The notes under the pieces: generated by a model
The model's input: the letters and a program-made list of their open reading frames with translations, nothing else
What the model was told of the DNA's origin: nothing
Databases searched by the model: none
Made by a program: the position numbers and the translations under genes
Source of the DNA: Blastocatellales bacterium
GTDB lineage: Bacteria > Acidobacteriota > Blastocatellia > RBC074
DNA length: 64,000 nt
Reading direction: 5' to 3'
Assembly (NCBI GenBank): GCA_050247435.1
Contig: JBFWUF010000015.1
Coordinates: forward strand, 29 to 64,028
Part shown: piece after piece, positions 28,264 to 40,893 of the stretch
How positions within the stretch are numbered: the stretch's first letter is position 1
Layout of the letters: each line of letters begins with the position of its first letter

Positions 28264-30258
28264 ATGAAAACCAGACGAAAATTGATCGCCTTGTTCGTCC
28301 TGTTGACGGTCGTCGCCGGTCAAGGGGCGCATCAATCGAACGCGCAGAAGAACTCTCAGAAGAAACTGTCGCAATCGCAATCTTCAACTGCCGACTACGG
28401 CTGGCCCGCATACGGACGCGACTCGGGCGGCTCACGCTATTCTCCGCTCGCGCAGATCAATCGCGAAAACGTCAAGAACCTGAAGGTCGCGTGGACGCGC
28501 CGCACCGGCGCGGCGGATGTCAAAGCCGCTTCCGCCAGGAGCGCGGCTTTTGAAGCGACGCCGATTCTGGTTGATGGCTTGCTCTATCTCACTACGCCTT
28601 ACAACCGCGTCATCACGCTCGATCCGGCGACGGGAACTGAAAAATGGACTTTCGATCCGCAAGTAAAACTAGAGCAGCGTTATTCCGAAATGACTTCGCG
28701 TGGCGTGTCGGCGTGGCCCGCGCCAAATGACAAGCGCAAGCTCGCACGCCGTATTTTTCTCGGCACGCTCGATGCGCGGCTGATCGCGCTGGACGCCGCA
28801 ACTGGCAAGCCTTGCGCTGATTTCGGAGAAAACGGACAGGTTGACCTGACGCGCGATGTTCGATTTGTTGAGCGCGGGAACTACCAGGTGACTTCTCCGC
28901 CAGCGGTGATCGGCGATGCGATCATCGTCGGCTCGGCGCTCGGCGACAACCGTGGCGTCGAATTGGAGCGAGGCGTCGTGCGAGCGTTCGACGCGCGCAC
29001 CGGCAAGCTGTTATGGAGTTTTGATCCGATTCCGAAAAACGCAAACGATCCCGCGCGCAAGACCTGGGCTGGCGATAGCGCGGAACGAACCGGCGCGGCC
29101 AACGCGTGGTCAATCATCTCGGTTGATGAAAAGCTCGGCCTGGTCTTCGTGCCCACCAGCAGTCCCAGCCCCGATTTTTACGGCGGCGAACGCAAGGGCG
29201 ACAACCGCTACGCCAATTCCGTCGTCGCGCTGCGAGCCGCGACCGGCCAGGTCGTCTGGCATTTCCAGGTCGTGCATCACGACGTGTGGGATTACGACGT
29301 GGCGTCGCAGCCGATGCTGATCAATTTGAAACGCAGCGGACGTAATGTTCCGGCGGTCGCCGTCGGCACAAAAATGGGAATGATCTTCGTGCTGGATCGC
29401 CGCAACGGTAAGCCAATCTTCCCTGTCGAAGAGCGCCCGGTGCCGCAAACCACAGTGCCTGGCGAACAAACTTCGGCGACGCAGCCTTTCCCGAAACTTC
29501 CCCGCCCGCTCGTGCCGCACAGACTCAACCCCGAAGACGCGTGGGGATTGACCGACAAAGACCGTGAAGCCTGCCGCGAGAAGATCGCCGCGTCACGGTC
29601 GGAAGGTATCTACACGCCGCCGAGCCTCGAAGGCACGGTCGCGATTCCGGGCAATGTCGGCGGGATGAATTGGAGCGGGATGTCATTCGACCCGGTTCGC
29701 CAATTGCTGATCGCGAACACCAACAACCTGCCGTTTCTGGTCAAACTCATCCCGCGCGACGAATACAACCGGATGCGCGAGACCGGCGCGATGAACCGAG
29801 TCAAAGGTGAATTCGGGCGGCAGACGGGCACGCCGTACGCGATGTACCGCGAGCCGTTGATGTCGCCGAGCGGAACGCCCTGCGTCGCTCCACCCTGGGG
29901 CAAACTAACAGCCGTGGATTTAATCACGGGCGAGATTCGCTGGGAGTCGCCGCTGGGCCGCATCCCGCAGCTCGCTCTCTTTCCGAAAACAGCCGAATTC
30001 GGTTCGATCAATCTTGGCGGTTCGATGGTCACCGCTGGCGGGTTGGTCTTCATCGCGGCTGGAATGGACGACAAGCTGCGCGCGTTCGATGTCGAAACTG
30101 GAAAAGTGATTTGGGAAGGTCAGCTTCCGGCCAGCGCGCAGGCCGCGCCGATGACCTACTCGGTCAACGGCAAACAGTTCGTGGTGATTTCAGCCGGAGG
30201 GCACGGCAAGCTGGGCACGAAGACGGGCGACCACGTGGTGGCTTTCACGCTGCCTTGA
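28264..30258 (+). CDS. PQQ-dependent dehydrogenase (8-bladed beta-propeller; glucose/quinate-type), secreted
   Basis: Signal peptide MKTRRKLIALFVLLTVVAGQG and repeated W-containing PQQ repeats. Confidence 0.75.
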   Translation: MKTRRKLIALFVLLTVVAGQGAHQSNAQKNSQKKLSQSQSSTADYGWPAYGRDSGGSRYSPLAQINRENVKNLKVAWTRRTGAADVKAASARSAAFEATPILVDGLLYLTTPYNRVITLDPATGTEKWTFDPQVKLEQRYSEMTSRGVSAWPAPNDKRKLARRIFLGTLDARLIALDAATGKPCADFGENGQVDLTRDVRFVERGNYQVTSPPAVIGDAIIVGSALGDNRGVELERGVVRAFDARTGKLLWSFDPIPKNANDPARKTWAGDSAERTGAANAWSIISVDEKLGLVFVPTSSPSPDFYGGERKGDNRYANSVVALRAATGQVVWHFQVVHHDVWDYDVASQPMLINLKRSGRNVPAVAVGTKMGMIFVLDRRNGKPIFPVEERPVPQTTVPGEQTSATQPFPKLPRPLVPHRLNPEDAWGLTDKDREACREKIAASRSEGIYTPPSLEGTVAIPGNVGGMNWSGMSFDPVRQLLIANTNNLPFLVKLIPRDEYNRMRETGAMNRVKGEFGRQTGTPYAMYREPLMSPSGTPCVAPPWGKLTAVDLITGEIRWESPLGRIPQLALFPKTAEFGSINLGGSMVTAGGLVFIAAGMDDKLRAFDVETGKVIWEGQLPASAQAAPMTYSVNGKQFVVISAGGHGKLGTKTGDHVVAFTLP

Positions 30259-30261
30259 AAG

Positions 30262-30346
30262 TACGGAGCAAACGTAAAAGACGGAACGAACGAAAAAGCT
30301 CCCCTGTGGGATTTTCCGTCTGTTCCGTCTTTTCCGTTTGTTCCGT
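30262..30346. terminator. Long imperfect hairpin (~32-bp stem: GTACGGAGCAAACGTAAAAGACGGAACGAACG / CGTCTGTTCCGTCTTTTCCGTTTGTTCCGTAC) between convergent genes; putative bidirectional terminator
   Basis: Inverted repeat read directly, 28/32 matches. Confidence 0.6.
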
Positions 30347-30364
30347 ACTCTCTTCCGCCTCGCG

Positions 30365-33300
30365 TCAGAAGGTCAGCCGCAAGGTGATGCGGATGGTGCG
30401 GCGGCTGTCAATGTTCTCCTGGCTGAAGCTGTCGAAGAAGCGGCCAAAATCCGGGTTGCGGTCAAGCGAGTCGATCTCTAACCGCTGATTGGCCGGATTC
30501 ACCCGCAGATTGATCGTCCCCAGCCAGCCGGCCGACTGATCGCCGCTGGGCGGGCGTAGCGGATGATTGAAAACGTTGTTGAACTGCGCGCCCAATCGCA
30601 GTTTGAACCTTTCACCCAGCCGGAACGATTTATCCAATCCAAGGTTGGCGCCCCACGCGCCGGGCCCTTTCAACAGATTGCGCTTGGCGACGTTCGGGTT
30701 GTCGAAGACGTCCGCGCCCAGTGGCGGCGCTCCGAAAGCGTCCGGGTTGAAGAAGCGATCCCCCGTTCGCACTTGCGGGTTGCCCGTCACGATGGGACGG
30801 AACGACGTGCCTCCGAAACCTCCCACGGCGTCCACGGAATCGCTGCCGATGTTGCCCGGAAAGACCGGGTCGCAGTTGCCACAGTCCCAGAAGGGCGTAA
30901 AGCCGAAACCGCTCTTGGCAAACATATTCCATGAGATCTGCCAGCCGCCCGCGATGGCGTCAACCGCCGCCGGAGCGTCGCTGCCGAACTTCCGGCCTTT
31001 GCCAAAAGGCGCTTCGATGATGCCGTAGGCGATAAAGCGGTGCCGCGACACGAAAGCCTCCGCGCCGAAATCATTCTCCGGTTTGAACTGGTTGTAGACC
31101 GTCCCGCCCAGGGAGGCGTTGCCGGTATCCGGCGCGCTCGATTTTTGATCGAGCAGCGTGTAACTGAGGTTGAAGGTGAAGCCGTTCGACATGCGGCGGT
31201 TGACTTCAAATTGCATCGCGTGTGAGCGGCCCCGGCCGGTGTTGCCGAACGTAAGCAGGAATGTCCCGAGTTCCGTATACGGCAGCCGCGCAATGTCGGC
31301 CGGCGACAGGTCGCAATCTTCGCCCGGCGTGCAAGGCGTGACGCCATCACCGGTGGTCGTGCCAAAAGGCTTATCGCTCGGCGGCAGCATATTGAGATCA
31401 ATGCCCGAAATCAGCCCGCTCAGCCGCGTCCCCAGATACGAAGCTCGCACGGCCAGCTTCCAGGGCAGTTCATGCTCGAAAGTGGCGTTGTACTGCTGAA
31501 TGCGCGGCTGCCTGATGTCAATCGGAACGGCATTGGCCGACGGCTGCGAACCCAGCGTGCGCAACAACCCGCCGCTGAATGGGCTGACGCCATGAGGATT
31601 CAGGCCGCCCGGCCAGCCGGAGAGCGGCGTCGCCGCTGGGCTGGTCTTGGTGCGTCCCTGGTTGAACGCGTTGGTCGCAAGCGGATCGCGCATTCCTTGC
31701 GCCGCCGACGTCGGATAGAAGAGGCCGTACCCGCCGCGAATCACGCTCTTTTCGGTCACGCGCCAGGCCGCGCCCAGCCGAGGCGCGACGTTGTTCGTAT
31801 CCGTCTTGATCAGCCCGCGGCCGACCCCGGCTTCGTCCGCCGTGACGACGCCATACGCAATTATGCGCGGATCAATGCTGGCAATGGTTTTCTGCGCCGG
31901 AACGATAAAGCGCCCGCGCCGCCCATTCGCCGCTCTGAAGTCGGGATCGAAGTTGACCAGCAGGTCGTTGCGCTCGATGAACGGCGTGATCAGTTCGTAA
32001 CGCAGCCCCAGAAAGAGCGTCAGCTTCGGATGGATTTTGAAATCATCCTGCACGAAGTAGCCGTGCTCCCAGTTGAAGACGTCCATCGGCGGACGCAGAT
32101 TATTCACAAACGACGCAGTCGTCGCGGGCAATCCGATCAGGAAGCGGGCGAAACGGTCAGTCCCGCTGCCGCCGGAATAGGTCAGCAGCCCACGCGGGTT
32201 GCCACGATTGTTCGCGAATCCGTCCTTAGCCGCATTGTAGACGATGTCGAAGCCGCCCTTGATCGTGTGCCGTCCGGCGATCCAGGTCAGCGTGTCGCCG
32301 AAGGTGTAGAGATTCTGGTCGAGAGGCCGGAATGTGTTGCGCCCGCCCGTGCCGAAAGTGGCGAAGCCGTTGGCGAAACTCACACCGACGTGGCCGAAGG
32401 TCGGGCGCGCGTTCTCGCCCACCACCGCGTAGTAGGCCGCGATGTCGCTTCTGTCAAAGCCGATGCTTTCGAGGAACGACGTGGGCGTGGTGTTGCTGTT
32501 GCGGAACAGAAATTGGAAGTTGAAGCCGCCGCGCGCCTCGTTGACGACGTTGGGCGAGAAGATGCGCGTGTGCGAGAGCGAGAGCGTGTGGTTGCTCCGG
32601 TCGTCGTGTCTCAAGCCCAGTCCGGTATACGGCGACACAACGGCGGAGGTAGATTGATCAGTGAATTGGGTGTTGTAGACCGCCGAAATTTTGTCTTTGG
32701 CCGTCAGATCGTGATCAACGCGCAAGGTGCCGAGATCGCGCACGACAAGGCCGGTTCTGTTCTCGAAGAAATCCACCAGTCTGCCATTGCCCGCGTTGAT
32801 CGGCGCGTTGACGCTCGTCGCCGGGAAATAGTTTTTGATGAACGCCTGTGTCGCCGGATTGAGCAGCCGCGACGGGATGGTCTTAAACCGCCGTGTTGTT
32901 CCGGTCAGAATCGTGTTGGCGTCAATCTCGGCCTGCGTCAGCGTGAGTCCGGCGGGCACGACCGGTTTGATCGAGTCGTTGACCTTCGTGAAATCGCCTG
33001 TGTACAGACTCGCGTGTGGCAGGGTCGTGCTGCGGAATCGCACCGGCGCCGCGCTCCACCGCCGCTCGTAAGAGGCCAGGAAGAATGTCTTCTCCTTGCT
33101 GAAAGGAACCGGCCCGCCGAAACTGCCGCCGGTCTCGTTGAGGTTGAAATACGGCGCCGGAAATTCGGAAAGAGCCGGCGTCGGCGTAAAGGCCGCCTCG
33201 CCGCGCTTGTCGCCAATCGGCCAGGCCGCGAGCGCCGAGTTCTTGTTGTTGTAAAAGATCGAGCCTTGATAGTCCTTGCCGCCGCGCCTGGTCGTCACGC

Positions 33301-33997
33301 GAACGTTGGCGATGCCTGCGTATTCCGCGCTGAAGTTGTTCGAGAGCACGACCAGTTCGCCAATCGTTTCGAGCGACGGCTGGCTGGCGGTCGGCGAGCC
33401 GAAGATGCCGCCGTTGGCCCGCTGCCCGTCAAGCGAGAAGCTGGCGCCGTAGCTCTGCGCGCCTATAAACTTGAATTCACCGTCCGCCACGCCCTGCGTG
33501 ATGTTCGGGTTGAGGTAGAGGAACGAATAGATGTCGCGGTTGTCGCGCGGCAGATTGATCAGTTCGCGGCTGGTCAGTTGGCCGCTGACGGTCGGCGTCT
33601 CCTGATTGATGGTCGTGGTTGCGGTCACTTCCACCGTTTCGGTAGCTCCGCCGACCTGCAACTCCACGTCGGCGCGCACGGTGTCGCCGCCGCGCAGCGC
33701 GACCTGATTGACCGACGCCGTCTTGAACCCCTGCGCGGTCACCGTCACTTTGTAGACGCCGTATTTCAGGCCCGCCACTTCATAGGCGCCTTTGCTATCT
33801 GTCGTCGCCTCGCGCGAAAGGTTGGTTTCAAGATCGGTCACCTGCACTTTCGCGCCGGAAACCAGCGCGCCGTTGGCGTCGGTCGCCGTTCCGCGAATCG
33901 TCCCCAGGTTCGTCCCTTGCCCGAAAGCCGTTCCCGCCCCCAACAACAGGCAGAGGCACAATATTACGCTCGAAAAAATGGAATGACTGATCTTCAT
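30365..33997 (-). CDS. TonB-dependent-receptor-like outer-membrane protein with an N-terminal carboxypeptidase-regulatory-like (CarboxypepD_reg) domain
   Basis: 1210 aa, signal peptide, GTIRGTATDANGALVSGAKVQVTDLETN...GAYEV, C-terminal ...LRLTF beta-barrel end. Confidence 0.8.
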   Translation of the reverse strand: MKISHSIFSSVILCLCLLLGAGTAFGQGTNLGTIRGTATDANGALVSGAKVQVTDLETNLSREATTDSKGAYEVAGLKYGVYKVTVTAQGFKTASVNQVALRGGDTVRADVELQVGGATETVEVTATTTINQETPTVSGQLTSRELINLPRDNRDIYSFLYLNPNITQGVADGEFKFIGAQSYGASFSLDGQRANGGIFGSPTASQPSLETIGELVVLSNNFSAEYAGIANVRVTTRRGGKDYQGSIFYNNKNSALAAWPIGDKRGEAAFTPTPALSEFPAPYFNLNETGGSFGGPVPFSKEKTFFLASYERRWSAAPVRFRSTTLPHASLYTGDFTKVNDSIKPVVPAGLTLTQAEIDANTILTGTTRRFKTIPSRLLNPATQAFIKNYFPATSVNAPINAGNGRLVDFFENRTGLVVRDLGTLRVDHDLTAKDKISAVYNTQFTDQSTSAVVSPYTGLGLRHDDRSNHTLSLSHTRIFSPNVVNEARGGFNFQFLFRNSNTTPTSFLESIGFDRSDIAAYYAVVGENARPTFGHVGVSFANGFATFGTGGRNTFRPLDQNLYTFGDTLTWIAGRHTIKGGFDIVYNAAKDGFANNRGNPRGLLTYSGGSGTDRFARFLIGLPATTASFVNNLRPPMDVFNWEHGYFVQDDFKIHPKLTLFLGLRYELITPFIERNDLLVNFDPDFRAANGRRGRFIVPAQKTIASIDPRIIAYGVVTADEAGVGRGLIKTDTNNVAPRLGAAWRVTEKSVIRGGYGLFYPTSAAQGMRDPLATNAFNQGRTKTSPAATPLSGWPGGLNPHGVSPFSGGLLRTLGSQPSANAVPIDIRQPRIQQYNATFEHELPWKLAVRASYLGTRLSGLISGIDLNMLPPSDKPFGTTTGDGVTPCTPGEDCDLSPADIARLPYTELGTFLLTFGNTGRGRSHAMQFEVNRRMSNGFTFNLSYTLLDQKSSAPDTGNASLGGTVYNQFKPENDFGAEAFVSRHRFIAYGIIEAPFGKGRKFGSDAPAAVDAIAGGWQISWNMFAKSGFGFTPFWDCGNCDPVFPGNIGSDSVDAVGGFGGTSFRPIVTGNPQVRTGDRFFNPDAFGAPPLGADVFDNPNVAKRNLLKGPGAWGANLGLDKSFRLGERFKLRLGAQFNNVFNHPLRPPSGDQSAGWLGTINLRVNPANQRLEIDSLDRNPDFGRFFDSFSQENIDSRRTIRITLRLTF

Positions 33998-34451
33998 TGG
34001 CTGGCTCCTTCGTCAGGCGAGCGCCCATCCGCTCGCGGTTTCAGGTAATGGTTGTGTGATTACCGGCGCCTGCGCGCCAAGTCCTGTTTGCTGATCCCAG
34101 AAAGCCGTGTCTCGGTGAGGAAGGCCGTTATTCCTGATTTGTCGTTGATCGTTAAGACGGGCGGATTCTATGCCACTTCACGAAATTGCTCAATGGTTCA
34201 ACCATCGAAAGACGTCCTCGCCTCCAGTCTTGATGTCTCAGACGAAAAGCCGTACATTGCCCGCCATCAATTCAAAAGCTTTACCGACATTTTAACGATT
34301 CAACTGAGCTTGCTGGGATGGACTGATAAAAACGAACCTGCGCACGGGTTCGATGGACGCTGATGAATTTGCTCGGAACGCCCGCGTTCATTCTATCCCG
34401 CCCATTCGATCCGCGCGCCACATCCCAACCTCAATCATTTCGGGAGGAATT

Positions 34452-37400
34452 ATGCATATCAAAAAGCTGCTCGCCTCGGCAGTGAGCGTTATCTTGATGG
34501 CGGTTTGCGCGCATTCCACCTTCGCCCAATCAACTTTCGGCTCGATGCTCGGCACGGTGAAGGACGCTTCGGGAAGCGTCGTCCCGAACGCCACCGTCAA
34601 GATCACCAACGTTGACGAGAACACCGTCCGCACCGTCACATCCAATGACAACGGCGATTACGAAGCCGTCAATATGAAACCGGGCCGTTACCGCATCGAG
34701 ATTTCGGCTTCCGGCTTCCAGCCGTTCAACACTTCGGAAGTGGCGCTGGTCGCTCGCCAGACCTTGCGCGTGGACGCGGCCTTGAGCGCCGGTCAGGTGA
34801 CAGCGCAGGTTGACATCACATCCAACGCCGGCGCGATCACGACCGAGACGCAGACCATCTCTTCGGCGTTCGAGTCGCAGAAGATTCTCAACCTGCCGGC
34901 CAATTACCGCGGGGGTGGCAGCACCAGTCCCTACGTCCTGATCGCCGCGCTGCCCGGCGTGCAGGCCGACAACAACAACAACTTCTCGATTCAGGGCGCG
35001 CTGCCTTCGCAATCGCAGTTTTCGCTCGACGGCATCTCGACGACCAACGTTCGCGGCAACGCGCCGTTGACCCAAGCCTTCCCGTCGGCTGAATCCATCG
35101 CCGAAATCAAGGTGCAGGGCGTCGGCAACGCGGCTGAATACGGCCAAGTCGGCGACGTGACCACCATCTCAAAAAGCGGCACGAACGACTATCACGCGAC
35201 CGCCTTCTGGTTTCATCAGAACCGCGCGCTCGATGCAAAGGCTTACGGCGCGTTGACCAAGCCGCAAAAGATCGGCAACGACTTTGGCGTCAGCGGCGGC
35301 GGCCCCATCCGTTTTCCGAAAAAGGTCTTCGGGCCGCTCGGCGGGTACAATGGCAAAGACCGGACTTTCTTCTTCGGCACCTTTGAAGGCTTTCGCTTTC
35401 CGCGCGGCACGACGATTCAGAACGCGGTGCCGACCCAGGCGATGCGCAACGGTGATTTCAGCGCCGAAGGCGTGACCGTGCGCGATCCGCTGACCGGGCA
35501 GCCGTTTGCCAACAACCGCATCCCGGACAACCGCATCAGCCCGATTGCCAAAGCGTTTCTGTCGCTCTATCCGTTGCCCAACAACGGAGCGACCGACAAA
35601 CTGCGCGTCGCCAACTACATTCGCAACAGTTCCAGCAGCCTCAATTCAAATCAGTACGACATTCGGATTGACCACTATCTGACCCAGAAGCAGTCGGTCT
35701 TCGGGCGCTGGACGTGGAAGGATGTGAAGCAGGACAGCCCGAACAGACTGTCCCTCCCATCAAGTACCAACTTTGACAAGTACAAGATTCTGGTGGTTTC
35801 GCACAACTACACCATAACCCCCTCTCTGCTCAATGAGGCGCGCTTCGGGCTGACGCTCAATGACAACGGTCGCAGTTTCCCGTTTGATGGCCGCGCATTC
35901 ACCAACGGGCTGGGGCTGAAAGGCATCGGCCCGAATTTCCCCTTCAACGGCTTGCCGAATGTGTCGTTTTCGGGTGACACCTCAAACCTAAACATTGGCC
36001 GCGCCGACGGCCCCTCGCAATCGCGCACTTACCAGTTCAATAACAATCTGACCTGGACCAAAGGCCGCCACACGATGAAGTACGGCTTCGATGTGCGCTG
36101 GATTCGCGCTACCACTCCGCTCGGTTTCATCGGCGCGGACAACTACAGCAACTACGAATTCGACGGGACGTTCAGCGGCAACGATTTCGCCGACTTCCTG
36201 CTGGGGATTCCGATTCAAAGCTCGTACGCGATCATCCAGAAGGATAACGACGGGCGTGCGCGGCACTATCATTTCTTCGGGCAGGACAGCTTCCGCGTCA
36301 ATCAAAAGCTGACACTCGAATACGGGCTGCGGTATGAATATCATCCGGCTTACACCGACGCTTCGGGCAACATCGGAAATTTTGATCCGACCGTGCCGCG
36401 TTCGGGCCGCGTGGTGTACCCGACCGGCAAGCAGGGGCTGCTCGCGCAGGGCTTTTTGAAGACCTTCAATGCCTGCCCAGGGCCTGCCGCCAACGGCGCG
36501 CCCTGCACGCCCGTGCTTTCGGCTGAAGAGGCCGGATTGCCGGAAAGCTTGCGCATCGTGCCGAAGCTGCGCTTCCTGCCGCGTTTCGGCTTTGCCTTCC
36601 GCCCGTTTGGCGACGACAAAACGGTGGTGCGCGGCGGCATCGGCGCGTACAACGGCACGCTGCTCGGCAATATCTATTTCTCGCTGACCGGCACATTGCA
36701 ATCGGACGTGCGCGAATTCACCAACCTCGATGCGCAGGGCCGCCCGATTTTCCAGTGGCCGCAGATTCAAACCGGCGGCACGGGCATCTCGTCGGGGGAT
36801 TTCGGGACGGCTTCGTTCCGCACCGCCAACGATATTGATTACCGCGATCCGTACTCGGTGCAATGGAATCTCTCGGTTGACCGGTACGTGGGCTTCGGCG
36901 TGGGCGTGCGCATCTCATACATCGGGATGAAGACGACGCAACTGGGTTGGGCGCCCGACCTGAATCAGATGACCCCGTCGCGCACCTTTGCCATCAACCG
37001 CCCGCTGAGCGACCGTCCGTTCCCGAACTGGGGCATCATCTACACGCGCTCGGCTGGCGCAACGGCTTTTTACAATGCGCTGCAAGTCGAGGCCAATCGC
37101 CGTTTCGCCAATGGCCTGACCTTCAATTCGACTTACACCTGGGCGAAGAACCTGGCTGACAACCTGGGGCCGAATGCGACGGGCTTCATCGGTGAAACCG
37201 GCGGCGGACGCGTGGCGGACTATTACAACCGGCGCGCCGAATACGGTAACGATTACGCCACGCGGCGGCATCGTTCGATCACGACGCTCGTGTACGATTT
37301 GCCCTTCGGAACTCGCCGCAAGTTTGCCAGTTCGATTCATCCGGCGGCAAATGCCATTATCGGGGGCTGGCAGTTGAGCACGATCTTTCTGGCGCAGACC

Positions 37401-37886
37401 GGTCCGTATCTGACGCCGACGGTCAGCGGCGTTGATCCTTCCGGCAGCGGTTCCGGCCTGGCGCGCACGCAACACCCGGATCGCATCGCGGACGGCAATC
37501 TCGCCAATCCAACCCAGGCTCAATGGTTTGATGTGAATGCGTTTGTTTGTCCGGGACTGACGACGCGCGTCGCCGCCAGTTGCCGCATTGGCGTCAATCC
37601 GGCGCGCGATGCTGCGCCTATCGGACGCTTCGGCACGGCGGGCGTGGGCATCCTTCGCGGCCCCGGCACGATTAATCTCTCGCTCGGCTTGAACAAGGCG
37701 TTCTACCTGACCGAGAAGATCAAGCTCGAAGCCGGCGCTTCCTTCACCAACATCCTGAATCGCGTGAATCTGGCGGACCCGAACATGAACGTCACCAGTT
37801 CAGCCTTCGGACGCATCACCAGCGCGCGCGGTTCCGAACTCGGCGGCAGCCGCACGGGACAGGTCACCATGCGCATTAGCTTCTAA
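34452..37886 (+). CDS. TonB-dependent-receptor-like OMP with a CarboxypepD_reg domain (paralog of 30365-33997, divergently oriented)
   Basis: 1145 aa from MHIKKLLASAVSVILMAVCAHSTFAQ; GTVKDASGSVVPNATVKITNVDENT; C-terminal ...MRISF. Confidence 0.8.
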   Translation: MHIKKLLASAVSVILMAVCAHSTFAQSTFGSMLGTVKDASGSVVPNATVKITNVDENTVRTVTSNDNGDYEAVNMKPGRYRIEISASGFQPFNTSEVALVARQTLRVDAALSAGQVTAQVDITSNAGAITTETQTISSAFESQKILNLPANYRGGGSTSPYVLIAALPGVQADNNNNFSIQGALPSQSQFSLDGISTTNVRGNAPLTQAFPSAESIAEIKVQGVGNAAEYGQVGDVTTISKSGTNDYHATAFWFHQNRALDAKAYGALTKPQKIGNDFGVSGGGPIRFPKKVFGPLGGYNGKDRTFFFGTFEGFRFPRGTTIQNAVPTQAMRNGDFSAEGVTVRDPLTGQPFANNRIPDNRISPIAKAFLSLYPLPNNGATDKLRVANYIRNSSSSLNSNQYDIRIDHYLTQKQSVFGRWTWKDVKQDSPNRLSLPSSTNFDKYKILVVSHNYTITPSLLNEARFGLTLNDNGRSFPFDGRAFTNGLGLKGIGPNFPFNGLPNVSFSGDTSNLNIGRADGPSQSRTYQFNNNLTWTKGRHTMKYGFDVRWIRATTPLGFIGADNYSNYEFDGTFSGNDFADFLLGIPIQSSYAIIQKDNDGRARHYHFFGQDSFRVNQKLTLEYGLRYEYHPAYTDASGNIGNFDPTVPRSGRVVYPTGKQGLLAQGFLKTFNACPGPAANGAPCTPVLSAEEAGLPESLRIVPKLRFLPRFGFAFRPFGDDKTVVRGGIGAYNGTLLGNIYFSLTGTLQSDVREFTNLDAQGRPIFQWPQIQTGGTGISSGDFGTASFRTANDIDYRDPYSVQWNLSVDRYVGFGVGVRISYIGMKTTQLGWAPDLNQMTPSRTFAINRPLSDRPFPNWGIIYTRSAGATAFYNALQVEANRRFANGLTFNSTYTWAKNLADNLGPNATGFIGETGGGRVADYYNRRAEYGNDYATRRHRSITTLVYDLPFGTRRKFASSIHPAANAIIGGWQLSTIFLAQTGPYLTPTVSGVDPSGSGSGLARTQHPDRIADGNLANPTQAQWFDVNAFVCPGLTTRVAASCRIGVNPARDAAPIGRFGTAGVGILRGPGTINLSLGLNKAFYLTEKIKLEAGASFTNILNRVNLADPNMNVTSSAFGRITSARGSELGGSRTGQVTMRISF

Positions 37887-37891
37887 CTCGC

Positions 37892-37927
37892 TCCGCGACG
37901 GGAGCCGCGCTCCGGCTCCCGTCGCGG
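37892..37927 (+). terminator. Perfect GC hairpin CGCGACGGGAGCCG-CGCT-CCGGCTCCCGTCGCG downstream of the OMP gene
   Basis: 14-bp perfect inverted repeat with no U-tract. Confidence 0.5.
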
Positions 37928-37943
37928 CCTTACTGTTACCTAC

Positions 37944-39410
<1,467 letters not shown>

Positions 39411-39428
39411 GTTTTTATAGGAGGTCTG

Positions 39429-40820
39429 ATGGCGACAATTCAATTTCTAGGCGCGGCTCGCACCGTCACCGGATCGAAACACCTGATCGAAGTTGGCGGC
39501 TATCGAACGCTGGTTGATTGCGGGTTGTTTCAGGGCTTGAAAAAACTGCGATTGCTCAACTGGGAGCCATTTCCGCTCAATCCGGCTTCGATCAACTCCG
39601 TGATCCTGACTCACGCGCATATTGATCACACCGGCTATCTGCCGAAGCTCGTGCGCGACGGGTTCGACGGACCGGTTTACGCCACCCCGGCGACAGTCGA
39701 ACTGTCGCGGATCATGCTTCCCGACTCCGCGCGGCTGCAGGAAGAGGACGCGAACTACGTAAACAAGGTCGGCGCGTCGAAACACAAACCGGCCTTGCCG
39801 CTTTACACTGAAAAGAATGCGAACGAGGCCTGCCGCCTTCTGGAATCGGTCAATTATCACAAACGAATTGAACTGACGAAGAAACTCGCGTTCGAGTTCG
39901 TCACCGCCGGCCACATCCTCGGTTCGAGCTTCGTCGTTTTCGATTTTGAATCGAACGATGGGAGCCGCAAACGAATGATCCTGACCGGCGACCTGGGGCG
40001 TTATGACGAACCGATCATCAATGACCCGGCAAACATTGATGAAGCCGATTACATCGTCGTCGAATCAACTTACGGCAACCGCGAACACCCTGATTTCGAT
40101 GTCAAAGCGAAGTTGGCCGAGATCATCAACGAAACGGCAGAGCGCGGCGGACACGTCCTGATTCCATCTTTCGCGGTCGGGCGCACGCAGTTGCTGCTCT
40201 ACCTGCTTCGCGAACTTGAAGAAGAGAATCGCATCCCGATCCTCCGCGTCTTCGTCGACAGCCCGATGGCCGGTAAGGCGACGAAGCTCTACCTGCGCCA
40301 CAAGGAAGATCACGATCCCGACATGAAACAATTGTCGAGCGGCGGGACAAATCCGCTGGCGACGAAACGGTTCAACATTGCGCGCACGATTCAGGAATCG
40401 AAGAACGCATCAGCCGAGGAAGAATCAACGATCGTGATTTCGGCCAGCGGGATGGCTACCGGCGGGCGCATCCTGCATCACCTGCGCAAACGGTTGCCCG
40501 ATGAACGCAACACGGTGATCTTCGTCGGCTATCAATCCGAAGGCACGCGGGGCCGCAGGCTGTTGGACGGTGAAAATGAAACTAAGATTTTCGGCGAGTT
40601 CGTTCCCGTGCGAGCGAAGATCGAAAGGCTGGAGAACCTCTCGGCGCACGCCGATTCGCGTGAGACCCTGCGCTGGCTGGGCGGATTCAAACGCGCGCCC
40701 GAAAAAATCTTCCTGGTTCACGGCGAACCCGACGCGCAGGAAGCGTTGAAAAACAAGATCGTCGAAAAATTCGGGTGGCAGGTGGAGATACCGGATTATT
40801 TGCAGAAGTTCGAGTTGTAA
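39429..40820 (+). CDS. MBL-fold metallo-hydrolase, RNA-metabolising beta-CASP family (CPSF/RNase J-like)
   Basis: THAHIDHTG (HxHxDH) and beta-CASP C-terminal motifs. Confidence 0.75.
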   Translation: MATIQFLGAARTVTGSKHLIEVGGYRTLVDCGLFQGLKKLRLLNWEPFPLNPASINSVILTHAHIDHTGYLPKLVRDGFDGPVYATPATVELSRIMLPDSARLQEEDANYVNKVGASKHKPALPLYTEKNANEACRLLESVNYHKRIELTKKLAFEFVTAGHILGSSFVVFDFESNDGSRKRMILTGDLGRYDEPIINDPANIDEADYIVVESTYGNREHPDFDVKAKLAEIINETAERGGHVLIPSFAVGRTQLLLYLLRELEEENRIPILRVFVDSPMAGKATKLYLRHKEDHDPDMKQLSSGGTNPLATKRFNIARTIQESKNASAEEESTIVISASGMATGGRILHHLRKRLPDERNTVIFVGYQSEGTRGRRLLDGENETKIFGEFVPVRAKIERLENLSAHADSRETLRWLGGFKRAPEKIFLVHGEPDAQEALKNKIVEKFGWQVEIPDYLQKFEL

Positions 40821-40893
40821 TCAGCCGCAATTCCAGACTGCGGGCCGGTTGTTTGCGCCCGCCTTCGCAAACTTCCAAACAAGGAGACAGACC

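Noticed and set aside
31472-34048. 858-aa plus-strand ORF spanning the first TonB-receptor-like gene
   Set aside because: Extremely Arg/Ala/Gly-rich antisense translation. The minus-strand protein has a signal peptide, a CarboxypepD_reg domain and a beta-barrel terminus.
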